Below are positions 1 to 10,288 of a stretch of DNA of 64,000 nucleotides, one piece after another. Each line of letters opens with the position of its first letter. Position 1 is the stretch's first letter. This DNA is from a virus, in the IMG/VR virus record IMGVR_UViG_3300045988_098233, positions 1-64,000 of that record, one strand, 5' to 3'. Under the pieces are notes generated by a model. It saw only the letters and a list, made by a program, of their open reading frames with translations, ran no database searches and had not been told where the DNA came from. A program made the position numbers and the translations under genes.

Positions 1-53
1 GCATCCAGCGCCGGGGCCTGACCGTTGGCCCACACGGTTTTTTCGTAAGCCAT
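1..53 (-). CDS. 5' end of a phage tail fibre / minor structural protein gene (continues past window start)
   Basis: ATG at 53-51 preceded by GGAGGTG. Reads MAYEKTVWANGQAPALD, an N-terminal pattern common in phage fibre/host-specificity proteins. It follows the tail genes. Confidence 0.4.
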   Translation of the reverse strand, partial: MAYEKTVWANGQAPALD

Positions 54-150
54 TACGCCACCTCCAAACTATCGGCCGTTTTTCCGCAACAAATCTTCTT
101 CATAAAAGTTCCTCCTTTTGATCCGGTGCCCTTTTGGGCTGCTTCACTGT

Positions 151-1407
151 TCAGGTGGGCCACCCCGTCACGGTGGCCGTGGGGAAATCCTGTACCGACA
201 CGGCGGAAATCTGCATGGGGCCGCTCCATGTCAGGGGCCTCGTGAACCCCTGCACTAAATGCCGCTCCACCGGAGACCCCGGCTTGTCGCTTCGCACGAT
301 GGAAATGAGTTCATTTTCATTTAGGTGCATGATCTGACTGCACGAAACCGAGACGGACTTTTGCAGTGCCGCGGACCGTTTCAGTTTCCACACAGCCAAG
401 TCCTCGCACTGTCTTTTCGTGGAATAGCCAGCCGCCCGGTAGCGCACGGTTTTGCGTCCAATCCGACTTACATTCGTGCTGCTGGCCGGGTCCAGATTCT
501 GTGCCCGCGCCGCCACCTGTGGGCTGTTGTTCACGGCCTCTCCCACTACGATGAAATCGTTGTACACTTCCGTGTTCTTCTCTGTGTACTCCGTCCCCAG
601 CAGCTCCGCCTCGCTTTGGGAGAACTGCCACGCCAGCGGCTTGTCGCTGTCCAGAATATCGTCCTGAGAGGGGTCGATCCGCAGTGCGCCGGAGGCATCG
701 TACCCGATCCACGCCGCCAGCATTTCCGCAAGGCCCAGGCACACGTCCGCATAGCTTCCGTTGTCGCTGTCCACCCGCAGGGTGTAGGGGGCGTCCGTCA
801 GTTTGGCCGTAGAGCCGTCGGGCAAGGTCTGCGTCTTGCCGTTATAATATTCCGTGAATACCGGTGGCACGTTGTCCACCGGTTCCCCGTTTCCACGGTC
901 CAGCTTCAGCAGGGCCGCGATGGGGTCAAAGACATTGGTTCCCGCTTTCACTTCATAGGTCCCTTCCAGATAGCCGAAAAGCGTTCCGTCCAAGTCCGAC
1001 CATTTGTCCACCAGATCGTATTGGGCCGTCCGTTTGGCCGGTTCCAGAGTCTCCACAGGGTCCTTCACCAGAAAGACTCCCTGCTGGATGTAAAAATCCG
1101 TGCCGTCGCTGAGTACAAGCCCCTCATCCAGTGCGATCCGGTTTCCGAACCACACCCGGTTGATGTTGTAATCGAACGTGCCGTCCAGATTTGCCAGCGT
1201 CACCGAGGCCGTCCGCCGCTGGCCGTTGTTCAGATTCACGGACAGGCTTCCATCCGCAATAAACGCCCCGGGGAAGCGCCCCGTGGGGTTGTTGTCCAGT
1301 GCGAAAGCCGTGGAGCCGTCCGGCTGTAAAAACCGCAGGCGGCACAGCTTGGTAAAAGGCCGGCGCAGCATTTTTCGGTAATCGTTCATCCGTTCCGCTT
1401 GGGTCAT
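151..1407 (-). CDS. phage tail protein (distal tail/baseplate-type, 418 aa)
   Basis: Long ORF, second gene downstream of the tape measure in the same operon. Function inferred from synteny only. Confidence 0.6.
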   Translation of the reverse strand: MTQAERMNDYRKMLRRPFTKLCRLRFLQPDGSTAFALDNNPTGRFPGAFIADGSLSVNLNNGQRRTASVTLANLDGTFDYNINRVWFGNRIALDEGLVLSDGTDFYIQQGVFLVKDPVETLEPAKRTAQYDLVDKWSDLDGTLFGYLEGTYEVKAGTNVFDPIAALLKLDRGNGEPVDNVPPVFTEYYNGKTQTLPDGSTAKLTDAPYTLRVDSDNGSYADVCLGLAEMLAAWIGYDASGALRIDPSQDDILDSDKPLAWQFSQSEAELLGTEYTEKNTEVYNDFIVVGEAVNNSPQVAARAQNLDPASSTNVSRIGRKTVRYRAAGYSTKRQCEDLAVWKLKRSAALQKSVSVSCSQIMHLNENELISIVRSDKPGSPVERHLVQGFTRPLTWSGPMQISAVSVQDFPTATVTGWPT

Positions 1408-1425
1408 CTCTGCATCGCCTCCCTT

Positions 1426-3528
1426 TTATGCAAACAAAGCGTCGCTGGATGTGAGCAGGATACGCGCCCCGTCCGCGGAGCCGATCTCCACCCACGGCAG
1501 CGTCACCGTCTGTACCTGCTGTCGGCTGCCGTCCATGGTGTTCATGGTAATGGCCCCGCCCGTCCGGATCTGCCACAGGTCTCCCCGCCGGTCTTTCAGA
1601 AACAGGGTGTCCTGCGTGGTCGAGAGGGCGTACACGGCGTCTCTCACCTCGTTGGTATCCGTATACTCCCCGTTCGCCAGAACGCGCCCTATGGCCGCTG
1701 AGAGCGTCCCAGAGCGGTAATCGCTTGGGGAACTCTGTACCGTGGGATACCGGGTGAAGTTGCCCAGCACACCGGGGCTGTTGTTGTTGCTGATCCCGCC
1801 GCTGGCCACATTCAGGCTGAACCGGAAGATCGCCGCCGGGTGATAGGCGCCCTCTGCGTCCTTGGTGCATTGCAAAACCGTCCAGTCCCAGAAGATGGGC
1901 GTCACCGCGTCGGAGATTAGGGCGTTGGTCACGATCACGTCCGCGCCGTTCGTGTTTTTGCCGAGACCGAACATATAGTAGCGGTAGGTATCCTGAGACA
2001 CCGCCTTGCAGTCCCAGATGGCCCGCTCCGAAAGGGGCGTCTGCGCCACCGGTTCCAGTGTGGCGTCTCCCTCGTGGTAGCGGTAAATAGCAAAGCCCGT
2101 CAGCGTCCCGGCAAAGGTCAGGTTGCCCGCCTGTAAGCCGCCGCCGGCAAAATCCGTCTGAAACAGCGTGTTTCCGGAAAACGCCCCCGGTGTCCACCCT
2201 TGAAAGCTCAGTATCTCGCTGAGCACGCCGTCAGAAAGGGTTTCCCCGTCTACCCACAGATAATCACAGATCTGCACGCCGCCCAGCGTCAGCGATGTGA
2301 TCGTTCTGCCCGTCAGGTCTGCCGTTCCGGTAAAGACTCGCAATTCCTCGTGTTCCTGAATGGGGAACAAAGTGACGGACGGGAACAGGGTGGTCAGGGG
2401 ATAAATGCCGCCCACCAGCGTGATCTGCCGCAGATACACCCGCCCGTTTGAAATGACCACTGTAAATCGGTCTGTCTCTCGCAGCCACGGAAGCGCCTGA
2501 CTCCAAACCGTGCTGCCACCCACCGTCAGCTTGCCGCCGTTTTTGCCCAGCGAAAGCACCGCCGAGGTCTCTCCCATGCCGATGGTCACAATGGGGTTGT
2601 TGTCCCGCGTCACGTCCACCGTTCCGCTCCACACAAGGCTCCACGGCTGCGGGTAGTTCATGTCCTGTCCCGTCACCTCGTTCCATGTGACGCTGCCGCC
2701 GCTTCCGATGCTCAGCTTTCCCCCGGAGATCGACGTACTGCCCGCAGCATTTCCGGGGATGGAGTACAGCCCCGGCCAGCTTACCCGGATGCCGGATTTC
2801 TTACAGTTGGGACACGCCACCACTGCGCCGGATACCTCCGTGGTATCGTAGGCCACCCGGAAGCTCACCCAGCCGGTGTCTGCCTGAACGCCGTTTTCCG
2901 TCTGTACTTGACAGCGGATCTCGTAATCTGTGCCCGAAAACAGGCCGTCATACTCCATCCGCAGTTCCGCCGTGCCGTAAATGCGCCCGCTGTCATAGAG
3001 GATTGCGTCATTGTTCTTTGCCCGCAGTGTCCACCGCACCCAGTTCAGCGTGTCGCCCTGCGCCTGAGAATAGGCCGCCGTGAATGCGTACTTCCGCACC
3101 GTCAGCGGCGAGGGGATGGCGGCCACGGTCAATACCGGGTCCGCCCTTGTCAGAAAGACCGATGCGCTCCGCTGGGTTACGCTCTCCGCGTCGGTCGCCC
3201 CCCACCATTGCTTGATAATGAGCTTGTATTGCTGCCCGTTCACCATCCCGGCTCCGCTCAGTGCGCTGGCCGGAATGGTGTAGGTAAATAGCATTGTGTT
3301 CCCCGCGTAATCCGTTCCGTAGAAGGGGCATCCATCCGTCAGCTTTCCGGTAGTGTATACCTGCGTGGACGCCGCATCGTTTTTGCAGATCGTCAAGGAA
3401 AATGCGGTCATAGCGGAGTTTCCGTTCACCTGCCAGCTCACCGCCAGCGGCTTTGTAATGTCAACCGTGCCGTTTCCCAGTTCCCCAAGGGACGATGGAT
3501 AAATATTCGTTGGTTGGAATAATGCCAT
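1426..3528 (-). CDS. phage tail component (700 aa) immediately downstream of the tape measure
   Basis: Long ORF separated by 14 nt from the TMP stop. This is the usual Dit/Tal position in siphoviruses. Confidence 0.6.
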   Translation of the reverse strand: MALFQPTNIYPSSLGELGNGTVDITKPLAVSWQVNGNSAMTAFSLTICKNDAASTQVYTTGKLTDGCPFYGTDYAGNTMLFTYTIPASALSGAGMVNGQQYKLIIKQWWGATDAESVTQRSASVFLTRADPVLTVAAIPSPLTVRKYAFTAAYSQAQGDTLNWVRWTLRAKNNDAILYDSGRIYGTAELRMEYDGLFSGTDYEIRCQVQTENGVQADTGWVSFRVAYDTTEVSGAVVACPNCKKSGIRVSWPGLYSIPGNAAGSTSISGGKLSIGSGGSVTWNEVTGQDMNYPQPWSLVWSGTVDVTRDNNPIVTIGMGETSAVLSLGKNGGKLTVGGSTVWSQALPWLRETDRFTVVISNGRVYLRQITLVGGIYPLTTLFPSVTLFPIQEHEELRVFTGTADLTGRTITSLTLGGVQICDYLWVDGETLSDGVLSEILSFQGWTPGAFSGNTLFQTDFAGGGLQAGNLTFAGTLTGFAIYRYHEGDATLEPVAQTPLSERAIWDCKAVSQDTYRYYMFGLGKNTNGADVIVTNALISDAVTPIFWDWTVLQCTKDAEGAYHPAAIFRFSLNVASGGISNNNSPGVLGNFTRYPTVQSSPSDYRSGTLSAAIGRVLANGEYTDTNEVRDAVYALSTTQDTLFLKDRRGDLWQIRTGGAITMNTMDGSRQQVQTVTLPWVEIGSADGARILLTSSDALFA

Positions 3529-3541
3529 GCGCCCGCCTCCC

Positions 3542-6500
3542 TTAATTTTTGTAGAGGCCCAAGTTCCCGGCCCCGTGGTTCAATGCCTGCATGACCTGCG
3601 CAACGGTCAGGCGGTTGGCCGCCTCCGCCCCGATCTGAACGCCGTTCACGCTGTAGCTGTCTCCGTAGTGGTCATAGCTGGTCCGGCTCATCACCGTCTT
3701 TCCCGGCATGGCGCCGCCCCGCTCCGCCGCGCCGTACAGCCACCCAAGCTCACTCATCCGCTTCTGGAAGGTGCTGTCCGCGCTGGGTTCCAACATCTTC
3801 TCCGCCAGCAGCGGCGGGATCACGATCTCGTCCTGACTGGTGGCCTTGATGCCGCCCAGCCCCCGCAGGATGCCGCCGGAATCGTACTTCTTGTACGGGT
3901 CCTTGCCGCCGTACTTATCGTTGATCTTGTTCTGCCGTTCCGATTTCAGCTTGTCGATGGTAGCCTGACTGGCTCCGTTCTTCTCCGCGTTCTTGATGGC
4001 CAGAGAGTAGTCCACGTTGCTGTCATAGCCCTTGCCGGAAGAACCGGAGGAATTGTTTTTGGAGGAAGAAGAACCGCCGCCTGAAGAACCGGAAGAAGAA
4101 TTGCCCTTGGAGGACGAGGAACCGCCCCCGGATGGTTTGCCACCCTTGTTTGGGTCTACCCCACCGTACATGGCGTTGATCTTGTTCTGCCGCTCCGTTT
4201 CCAGCTGCTTGATCACGCCTTCTCCGGCCCCGGACTCCTTGGCCTGCTTGATGGCAAGGTTGTAATCCACGTTCTTGTCATAGCCCGTGTAGTACATCTT
4301 GTTGCCGTCTGCGTCCACCTTGTCATACTTTCCGGAGAGGTCTGCCCGCGCCGCGCCCTGATGGACGTTGATGGCTTTTACCGCATAGCCAAGTTCGTCA
4401 TAGGTGATCACATAGCCGTTTTTCTCAACGGTCTGCCCCGCCAGCTTTTCGTCCCGGCTGCTATCCGGGCCGGTATACTGGCCCTTTTCACCCTTTCCGT
4501 AAACTCTGGTGTCCTTGAAGTTCAGGTTGGCGTCACTTCCGTCCGCCAGCTTCCAGCCGGAGGAACCGGCGGGAATGAACCCTTCGTTCATCTCCGTCTG
4601 CGTCCAGCCGCCGCCCGGATTCTTCGTGTAGTCGAAATGGTAGCCGCCGGTCACGCCGGCCGACCCGTTCACGCCGGGAACCTCTCCGGGCTGACCGGGG
4701 ATCTGCCCGCCGTTCACAACGCCTGCGATATACTGGTTCAGCTTGCCCAGCAGGTTGTTGACCTCCTCCACCTGCTGCCGCATCTTGGGTGTGCCGTTTC
4801 TGGCAATATCGCTGAGAATGTCATCAATGGTCCGGGTGGGTTCCTGCAAACTGTCCGTGATCCGCTTCCACTCGGCTTTCAGGGTGTTGTAGGTTTCTTC
4901 GATCAGGGTTTTCTTGGCTTCCAGTTCGTCAATTTCCCGCTGAAGGGCCAACTCCCGCTCATACTCCGCCAAGTCCTCCTTGGCCTTTTCATAGGCGTCC
5001 TGCGCGGACTTCACGGACGAGGCGTTGGCTTCCCACTCCCACTGCCCGGTTGCGGCGTTGAATACCCGCACCGTCCGTTCCTTCTGGGCTTCCAGCAAGG
5101 CGTTCTGCTTTTCCAGCACCGCCGCCTTCAGCTGTTCCAGTTTCAGTGCTTCGTCCTCGGCCTGCTTGGCGTCCTTCAGCGCCGCGATCTGCTTGTCAAT
5201 GGCGTCAACCTGCTTGTCACGGGCATCCGCCGCCTCTTCCAGCTTTTTGTTAACGGCATCTTCCAGTTCGTCCCAAAGATCCTTTTGCAGTTCTTCGATC
5301 TGCTTGGTGATCTTCCAGTGCTCCGTGGACAGGGCGTTGATGTCCGCCTGACTGGCCCCGATCCGCCGCATATACTCCGCCTGTGCGTGGAGCGCCGCCT
5401 GGATCTGCCGCATCTTGTCGATTTGGTCCGCCGTGCTGTCCCCACGCTCCTGCATGAGGGACAGTTCCGACTTCCGCAGAGATACGATGTCCTTCAGCCG
5501 TTCCAGCTCCGCGTCCTTAGTGGATTTCCCCGTTGACGATGTGGTGGAGGACGTATCCACTGTGGAGGTGGTATCCACCGTCCCGCTGTCCCGCCCGGTG
5601 TCCGTAAACATGGACTTGTAGATCCGGTTCAGAACGATGGCACGGGCTTCGTCATAGGTCTTGGCCTTTCCGGTCTGCAACAGGCCCTTGATGGTCCGCT
5701 CTACATCCTGCGTCTTGGCGGCACCGATCATGCCCACGGAATAGGCGGCCGCCCCGGCCTCGGTGGCCAGCTGCCGCAGCGCCCCGATCTGCTGACTCAG
5801 GTCCAGCTTTTTCTCGTTCAGAACGATCATCCGCTTCACCAGATCGTAAATCTGGTTTCCGGACTTCCCCGCCTGCCGCTGTACCTTCAAAAGCCCTGCC
5901 ACATAGTCGCTCATGGGCTGTGTGGCTTTGTTGACCTGTGCCAAAAATGCCTTCAGCACGTCATAGTCCGCCTGTTGGGCGTCCGTCAGCTTGCCGTTGG
6001 CCTTGATGGCTTCCTCGTAGGCTGCCACCTGTTGTTCCGCCGCCGTTTTCACGGCGTAGAAATCGTCGATCTGGTCCTGTTGGATGCTTCGCCCGGACTG
6101 AAGCTGGTCCGTGTACGCCTTGGCCTTGTCCGCCAGCGTTTCGTAGGTGATCCCCAGCCGTTCCAGGTCTGCCGTGGTGCTGATGGCCTGTCCCGTCACC
6201 AGCCGGAGCTGAGCGATCATTTCCTCCGTGGACTTGAAGGACCGGCCCACAAATTCATCGTAGCCCTTCACACTGCCCATGGACGTGATCGTGGTTCCAC
6301 CGGCTCCGCCCACGGTCTGGGCCTTCTTCTCCGCAATCGCCGTCAGGTGCTTGATCTGCTGTTCCAGTTCGGCGTTTTCCGCTTCCAGCGCCTTCTTTTC
6401 CTCGATCAGCTCCGGCGTTAGATCATGCCATGGAATTGCATAGATTTCTTCCAGCCGCTTCTTGTTTTCTTCTAACTGGGTGGTGTTGGTCTCGATCTCC

Positions 6501-8407
6501 GTGTTCAGCGCGTCAAGGCTTTTCCGGTAGTCCTCCGTCGCCTTCCACACGAGGCTGAACGCCCCTGCCGCCGCCGCGATTGCCAGCAGCCACGGGTTCA
6601 TGGCGATCCCCGCCGCAGGCAGCTTTGTAATTGCCGTCGTGGTCCCCACAGCCGCCGCTTTCAGCGCCAGCATTCCCAAAACCGCAGTCCCGGAAACCGC
6701 CGCGAAATGTCCAACGTCCGTGTTCAGGACTTCCACCGTGCCGATCAGCACGTCCAGCCCGCCCTTAACGGCATCGGTGCTCACCATGCTTTGGATGAAC
6801 TCCGTCCATTCGTTTTTCAGAATGTTTGTCTTGCGGGTCCAACTGTCCAGTGCGTTCTCAATTTCCTTGTCCGCGCTGCCTACGGCGTTGGCGTAGTCCT
6901 TCAGCATGGACTGGTACATATCCCAGTTCTGGATCAGAGCCAGAAGCTGAGAGGTCCGCAGCTTGCCGCCGATGTCGCTGACCATCTCCATCAGCTTTTG
7001 TTCGGTCAGCAGCCCGTCCTTCATGCTCTGGGCAAGGCCCCCGATGGCCTCCATGGGGTCAATGACCTCGCCGGTGGCCTTCGCCGCTTCATACGCAGCC
7101 GGGGCGTACTCCCGGATCACGTCTTTCAATCCGGCGATCTCCCCGGTAGTCCACGTCACGCCCTCGTCGATCTCGGTTTTCGTGTCCCCCACGATGTTCA
7201 GCACCAGTGCCCGGAACGCACGGGCCGCTTCGCTGCCGCTCCGCTGGGTCACGGCGGTGATCGTACCGATTGCCGCCGTCAGTTCATCGATCCCCACATG
7301 GGCCTGTGCCGCCACCGGGGCCACGGTCCCCAAGCCCTCCGCCAGCTTTTCAATGCTGGTGGCGTACTTGTTGTCGATCTCGTTGGCGCCGTCCAGCACC
7401 TTGGTCAATGCGTCAATGTTTCCCTTGTACTGATACGCCGCGTCCACGGACAACAGGAACTGCTGTGCCGTTTCCGCGTTGGTGTCGCCCACTAATTTTG
7501 TCTTGGTGGCCAGCTCCGCCAGCGCGTCCGCCTGTTCGCCGTAACCGGCACGGGCAAACGCCGCCACAGAGTTCAGATATTCGTCCGCCGCCTCGCCGTA
7601 GGCCGATGCCGTCTCATACGCCCGGTCCCGCAGTTCCTCCATCTGCTCTGCTGTAAAGCCAGTTACCTTGCGGACCGTCACCATCTCATCGTCTACGGCC
7701 TTCATGGTGGAAATGGCGTCTCGGAAAGCCCCAATGGTCTTGGAAACGATAGTGCCCACCACTTGCCATTGCAGCATTTTCAGGTAGGCGTTGGTAAAAC
7801 TGTCCCCTAACAGGTTGGTTTTCTCAGTCATCTCCTTCGTGCCCTTCTGGACCTTATCGGAGGTGTTCAAAAACGCTCTTTCAAATACACCGGCACTGTC
7901 CGCAGCGCTCTTGGCGGCATTCCCGATGCCCACCATGCCCTCGATCTGCCGCTGGATCGATGTGGGATTATAAGGGGTGTTCTGCGCTGCTCTGGTCTGC
8001 TGCTGTAAATAGGCGTTGGCCTGCCGGGTGGCTTTCAGTTCTGCGGCCGCGGCTTTCTCCGCCGCTTGGGCCTGCTGTCGGTAGTTCCGGGTCACGGTCT
8101 GCTGGGTCACAGCAAGATCCCCCGTCTCCTTGTTCAGCGTCGCCACCACGCGGGTGGTCTCTCCCAGCCGTGCGGAGAAATCCCGCACCTGCCGCGTGGC
8201 CTGCCCGTTTGCGTCAAAGGTGGTGGAGACCTTCTGCAAGTTCCCCGCCAGCTTCCCGGCGGCATTGGCCGCGCCGTTCAGACCCTGCGCCGTGCCGTTC
8301 AGATTCACCTTTGTGGAAGAAACCGACGCAACCTCCTGCTTCAGCTTTGCGATCTCCGCCCGGACCTCTGTAAAATCGGGTACGCCCTTAAAGATAATTT
8401 TTGCCAT
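3542..8407 (-). CDS. tail tape measure protein (1621 aa)
   Basis: Very long alpha-helical/coiled-coil ORF with a TP901-type TMP core (..NKYATSIEKLAEGLGTVAPVAAQAHVGIDELTAAIGTITAVTQRSGSEAARAFRALVLNI..). Also has internal TM helices and a C-terminal duplicated module with a Ser/Gly linker. Confidence 0.9.
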   Translation of the reverse strand: MAKIIFKGVPDFTEVRAEIAKLKQEVASVSSTKVNLNGTAQGLNGAANAAGKLAGNLQKVSTTFDANGQATRQVRDFSARLGETTRVVATLNKETGDLAVTQQTVTRNYRQQAQAAEKAAAAELKATRQANAYLQQQTRAAQNTPYNPTSIQRQIEGMVGIGNAAKSAADSAGVFERAFLNTSDKVQKGTKEMTEKTNLLGDSFTNAYLKMLQWQVVGTIVSKTIGAFRDAISTMKAVDDEMVTVRKVTGFTAEQMEELRDRAYETASAYGEAADEYLNSVAAFARAGYGEQADALAELATKTKLVGDTNAETAQQFLLSVDAAYQYKGNIDALTKVLDGANEIDNKYATSIEKLAEGLGTVAPVAAQAHVGIDELTAAIGTITAVTQRSGSEAARAFRALVLNIVGDTKTEIDEGVTWTTGEIAGLKDVIREYAPAAYEAAKATGEVIDPMEAIGGLAQSMKDGLLTEQKLMEMVSDIGGKLRTSQLLALIQNWDMYQSMLKDYANAVGSADKEIENALDSWTRKTNILKNEWTEFIQSMVSTDAVKGGLDVLIGTVEVLNTDVGHFAAVSGTAVLGMLALKAAAVGTTTAITKLPAAGIAMNPWLLAIAAAAGAFSLVWKATEDYRKSLDALNTEIETNTTQLEENKKRLEEIYAIPWHDLTPELIEEKKALEAENAELEQQIKHLTAIAEKKAQTVGGAGGTTITSMGSVKGYDEFVGRSFKSTEEMIAQLRLVTGQAISTTADLERLGITYETLADKAKAYTDQLQSGRSIQQDQIDDFYAVKTAAEQQVAAYEEAIKANGKLTDAQQADYDVLKAFLAQVNKATQPMSDYVAGLLKVQRQAGKSGNQIYDLVKRMIVLNEKKLDLSQQIGALRQLATEAGAAAYSVGMIGAAKTQDVERTIKGLLQTGKAKTYDEARAIVLNRIYKSMFTDTGRDSGTVDTTSTVDTSSTTSSTGKSTKDAELERLKDIVSLRKSELSLMQERGDSTADQIDKMRQIQAALHAQAEYMRRIGASQADINALSTEHWKITKQIEELQKDLWDELEDAVNKKLEEAADARDKQVDAIDKQIAALKDAKQAEDEALKLEQLKAAVLEKQNALLEAQKERTVRVFNAATGQWEWEANASSVKSAQDAYEKAKEDLAEYERELALQREIDELEAKKTLIEETYNTLKAEWKRITDSLQEPTRTIDDILSDIARNGTPKMRQQVEEVNNLLGKLNQYIAGVVNGGQIPGQPGEVPGVNGSAGVTGGYHFDYTKNPGGGWTQTEMNEGFIPAGSSGWKLADGSDANLNFKDTRVYGKGEKGQYTGPDSSRDEKLAGQTVEKNGYVITYDELGYAVKAINVHQGAARADLSGKYDKVDADGNKMYYTGYDKNVDYNLAIKQAKESGAGEGVIKQLETERQNKINAMYGGVDPNKGGKPSGGGSSSSKGNSSSGSSGGGSSSSKNNSSGSSGKGYDSNVDYSLAIKNAEKNGASQATIDKLKSERQNKINDKYGGKDPYKKYDSGGILRGLGGIKATSQDEIVIPPLLAEKMLEPSADSTFQKRMSELGWLYGAAERGGAMPGKTVMSRTSYDHYGDSYSVNGVQIGAEAANRLTVAQVMQALNHGAGNLGLYKN

Positions 8408-8429
8408 GCTTCACCGCCCTGCCTTTACT

Positions 8430-9011
8430 TCAATATCCTTCGTCACCCTCCCGGCCCGTGTAGCCGTTGGCTTCGATCTGTAATTCTGCGTCCTGTTGGT
8501 TCATGGCCCGTACCAGCGTTTCCTCCGCCCGTCCGCTTTCTACCAGTTCCGTGACAAAATTTTCAAAAAACGGTCTGGCCGGGGGTCTCCGGGTCCAGTC
8601 ATAGGGCGGGTCCAGATGCTCAATGCGCCCGATCAGTGTGTCTCCGTTCAACGGGTTTTCCACCTGTTCGCTCTCGCCGCTGGGCTGGTAATCCATGGAA
8701 ACGCTGTCCTCTGTCACCGCAAACTCCGTGTTGCCGTCGATGTCGGCCAAGCCGCCGTATTCTCCCCGCCGGATATATTCCTTTGGGTCGAATTTTTCGT
8801 ATACGTCGCCCTGCACGTGCTCGAAAAGGCATTGGGACAGATCCTCCCGCAGCGTGGGCATGGCCCCCGCCAGCGCCGCCTTGAACCGCTGTTCCAGTGC
8901 CGCCATGTCCTCGTCCAGCCCTGTGATCCTGACAGATGCGCTCCCGCTCATATCCCCGCTCCTTTCCATCATTTTCGTGATCTCACGAAAATGGTCCCAG
9001 GCATACGCCAA
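8430..9011 (-). CDS. putative tail assembly chaperone (193 aa, acidic)
   Basis: Lies between the tail tube candidate and the TMP. No frameshift partner ORF was seen. Confidence 0.4.
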   Translation of the reverse strand: MAYAWDHFREITKMMERSGDMSGSASVRITGLDEDMAALEQRFKAALAGAMPTLREDLSQCLFEHVQGDVYEKFDPKEYIRRGEYGGLADIDGNTEFAVTEDSVSMDYQPSGESEQVENPLNGDTLIGRIEHLDPPYDWTRRPPARPFFENFVTELVESGRAEETLVRAMNQQDAELQIEANGYTGREGDEGY

Positions 9012-9047
9012 AGCATGAGATCCTCATGCCCTCCCGTCTGCCGGGGA

Positions 9048-9126
9048 TCAAAAAGCGGGGCCGACCGCCGGGTTTCCCCGTCAGTCAGCCCCGCTCGGCT
9101 CATCCTATCCAACGCTTAGGATAAGG
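9048..9126 (-). terminator. conserved hairpin (loop UAAGCGUU) plus intrinsic terminator module, copy 1
   Basis: Sense strand reads CCUUAUCC-UAAGCGUU-GGAUAGG, then AUGAGCCG, then a 12-bp stem AGCGGGGCUGAC/GUCGGCCCCGCU followed by UUUUU. Located after the tail tube candidate gene. Confidence 0.55.
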
Positions 9127-9143
9127 CGTTTTTGGTGTGTCCC

Positions 9144-10271
9144 TTACTCGGCGGTGACTTCCAGAACCGCCTGCGCGGTGTACTTGGCCGCCCCCTCGGC
9201 GGGATACTGGATGGCGATGCTCCCGGTGCCCTGAGTACTCCCGGCGGTCACAATGCCGTCCTTGGAGACCGTGGTCCCGGTAGCAGTCCCGGCGGTCACG
9301 GTATACTTCAGCAGGCTTGCGGGAGAGGGCGTCACCAGTTCCCCGTTTTTCATAACCAGCTTGGCATTCACGGGGGCAGTGCCGCTGACGGCCACGCTCA
9401 CCACGCCGCCGATGACGGCGATCCCCGCTACCTCATCGCTTTCCTCGTCGGGAACCAGCACCACGTAGGCGGAAGTGCCCATGCCGCCGCAAGCGTCGCA
9501 CTCGGCGGAGATCACATCAGCGTCCTCGTTGATGGCGCGGCCGGTAATGGTGGTGGTGTCGTAGTTGGACTGGTCGCCGGTGGTGTTGGCCCCTTCGGGG
9601 TTCAGATACAGGCGGGGTACGATCAGGTAGGCCCAGCCCCAGCGGGTGCCCTTGTTCTTGCCGGACACGTTCTGGTATACGGCGATCTGCGCGGTGAAGT
9701 GGACGATGCGGCCATTAAAGGCGCTGTGCACCACGCCCACCTGAGCCGCGGGCTTCCGGGCAAAGTACCACACCTTGTAACTCTTGCCGCTCTCAGCGGT
9801 GAAGCCGGTAATGGCGCCGGTGGCGGGGTCAATGGGATAAGGAACGCCGCCCACAGAGTAGGAGGAAGCCGCGCCCACCTCCTGCACGTAGCAGAAAATG
9901 GAGGAATAGCCGTACTGGGCCACAGGCACCAGCTTACTCACGTCGGCCTTCAGGGAAGTGCCCGTGGCCTCCACCGTCTGACAGACGGGAGAAACGGCGT
10001 TGTAGCTCACGGTGCCGCCCACAGCCATCATCTTGCTCATCAGGTCGAAGTCCGCGCGGGTGAAGTTCACCTGCGTGTCGGAATCGCTTGCAATGATGGT
10101 GGCGATGCCGTTGCCCAGACCGGCCCGCAGAGGGTCGATGTTGCCGGAGAACTGGATGTTACCGGTGGAGAACTTGTCGCTCTGGCTCAGAACCTCGCCG
10201 GTAACAGGGTCCTGAAGCTGTGCGGAGCAAATGCCCTTCGGGTAGAGTCTCTTGTCAGTAAAAGTGATCAT
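9144..10271 (-). CDS. putative major tail (tube) protein, 375 aa
   Basis: Positioned upstream of the chaperone and TMP. Followed by a leaky-looking terminator, as is common for abundant tail tube genes. Confidence 0.5.
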   Translation of the reverse strand: MITFTDKRLYPKGICSAQLQDPVTGEVLSQSDKFSTGNIQFSGNIDPLRAGLGNGIATIIASDSDTQVNFTRADFDLMSKMMAVGGTVSYNAVSPVCQTVEATGTSLKADVSKLVPVAQYGYSSIFCYVQEVGAASSYSVGGVPYPIDPATGAITGFTAESGKSYKVWYFARKPAAQVGVVHSAFNGRIVHFTAQIAVYQNVSGKNKGTRWGWAYLIVPRLYLNPEGANTTGDQSNYDTTTITGRAINEDADVISAECDACGGMGTSAYVVLVPDEESDEVAGIAVIGGVVSVAVSGTAPVNAKLVMKNGELVTPSPASLLKYTVTAGTATGTTVSKDGIVTAGSTQGTGSIAIQYPAEGAAKYTAQAVLEVTAE

Positions 10272-10288
10272 GTCTGTTCACACTCCTT

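Noticed and set aside
8407-9144. Expected -1 programmed frameshift (G/GT-type) in the tail assembly chaperone upstream of the TMP.
   Set aside because: Only one 193-aa ORF fits between the tail-tube candidate and the TMP. I could not find an overlapping second frame or a convincing slippery heptamer by eye, so I cannot support a frameshift call.
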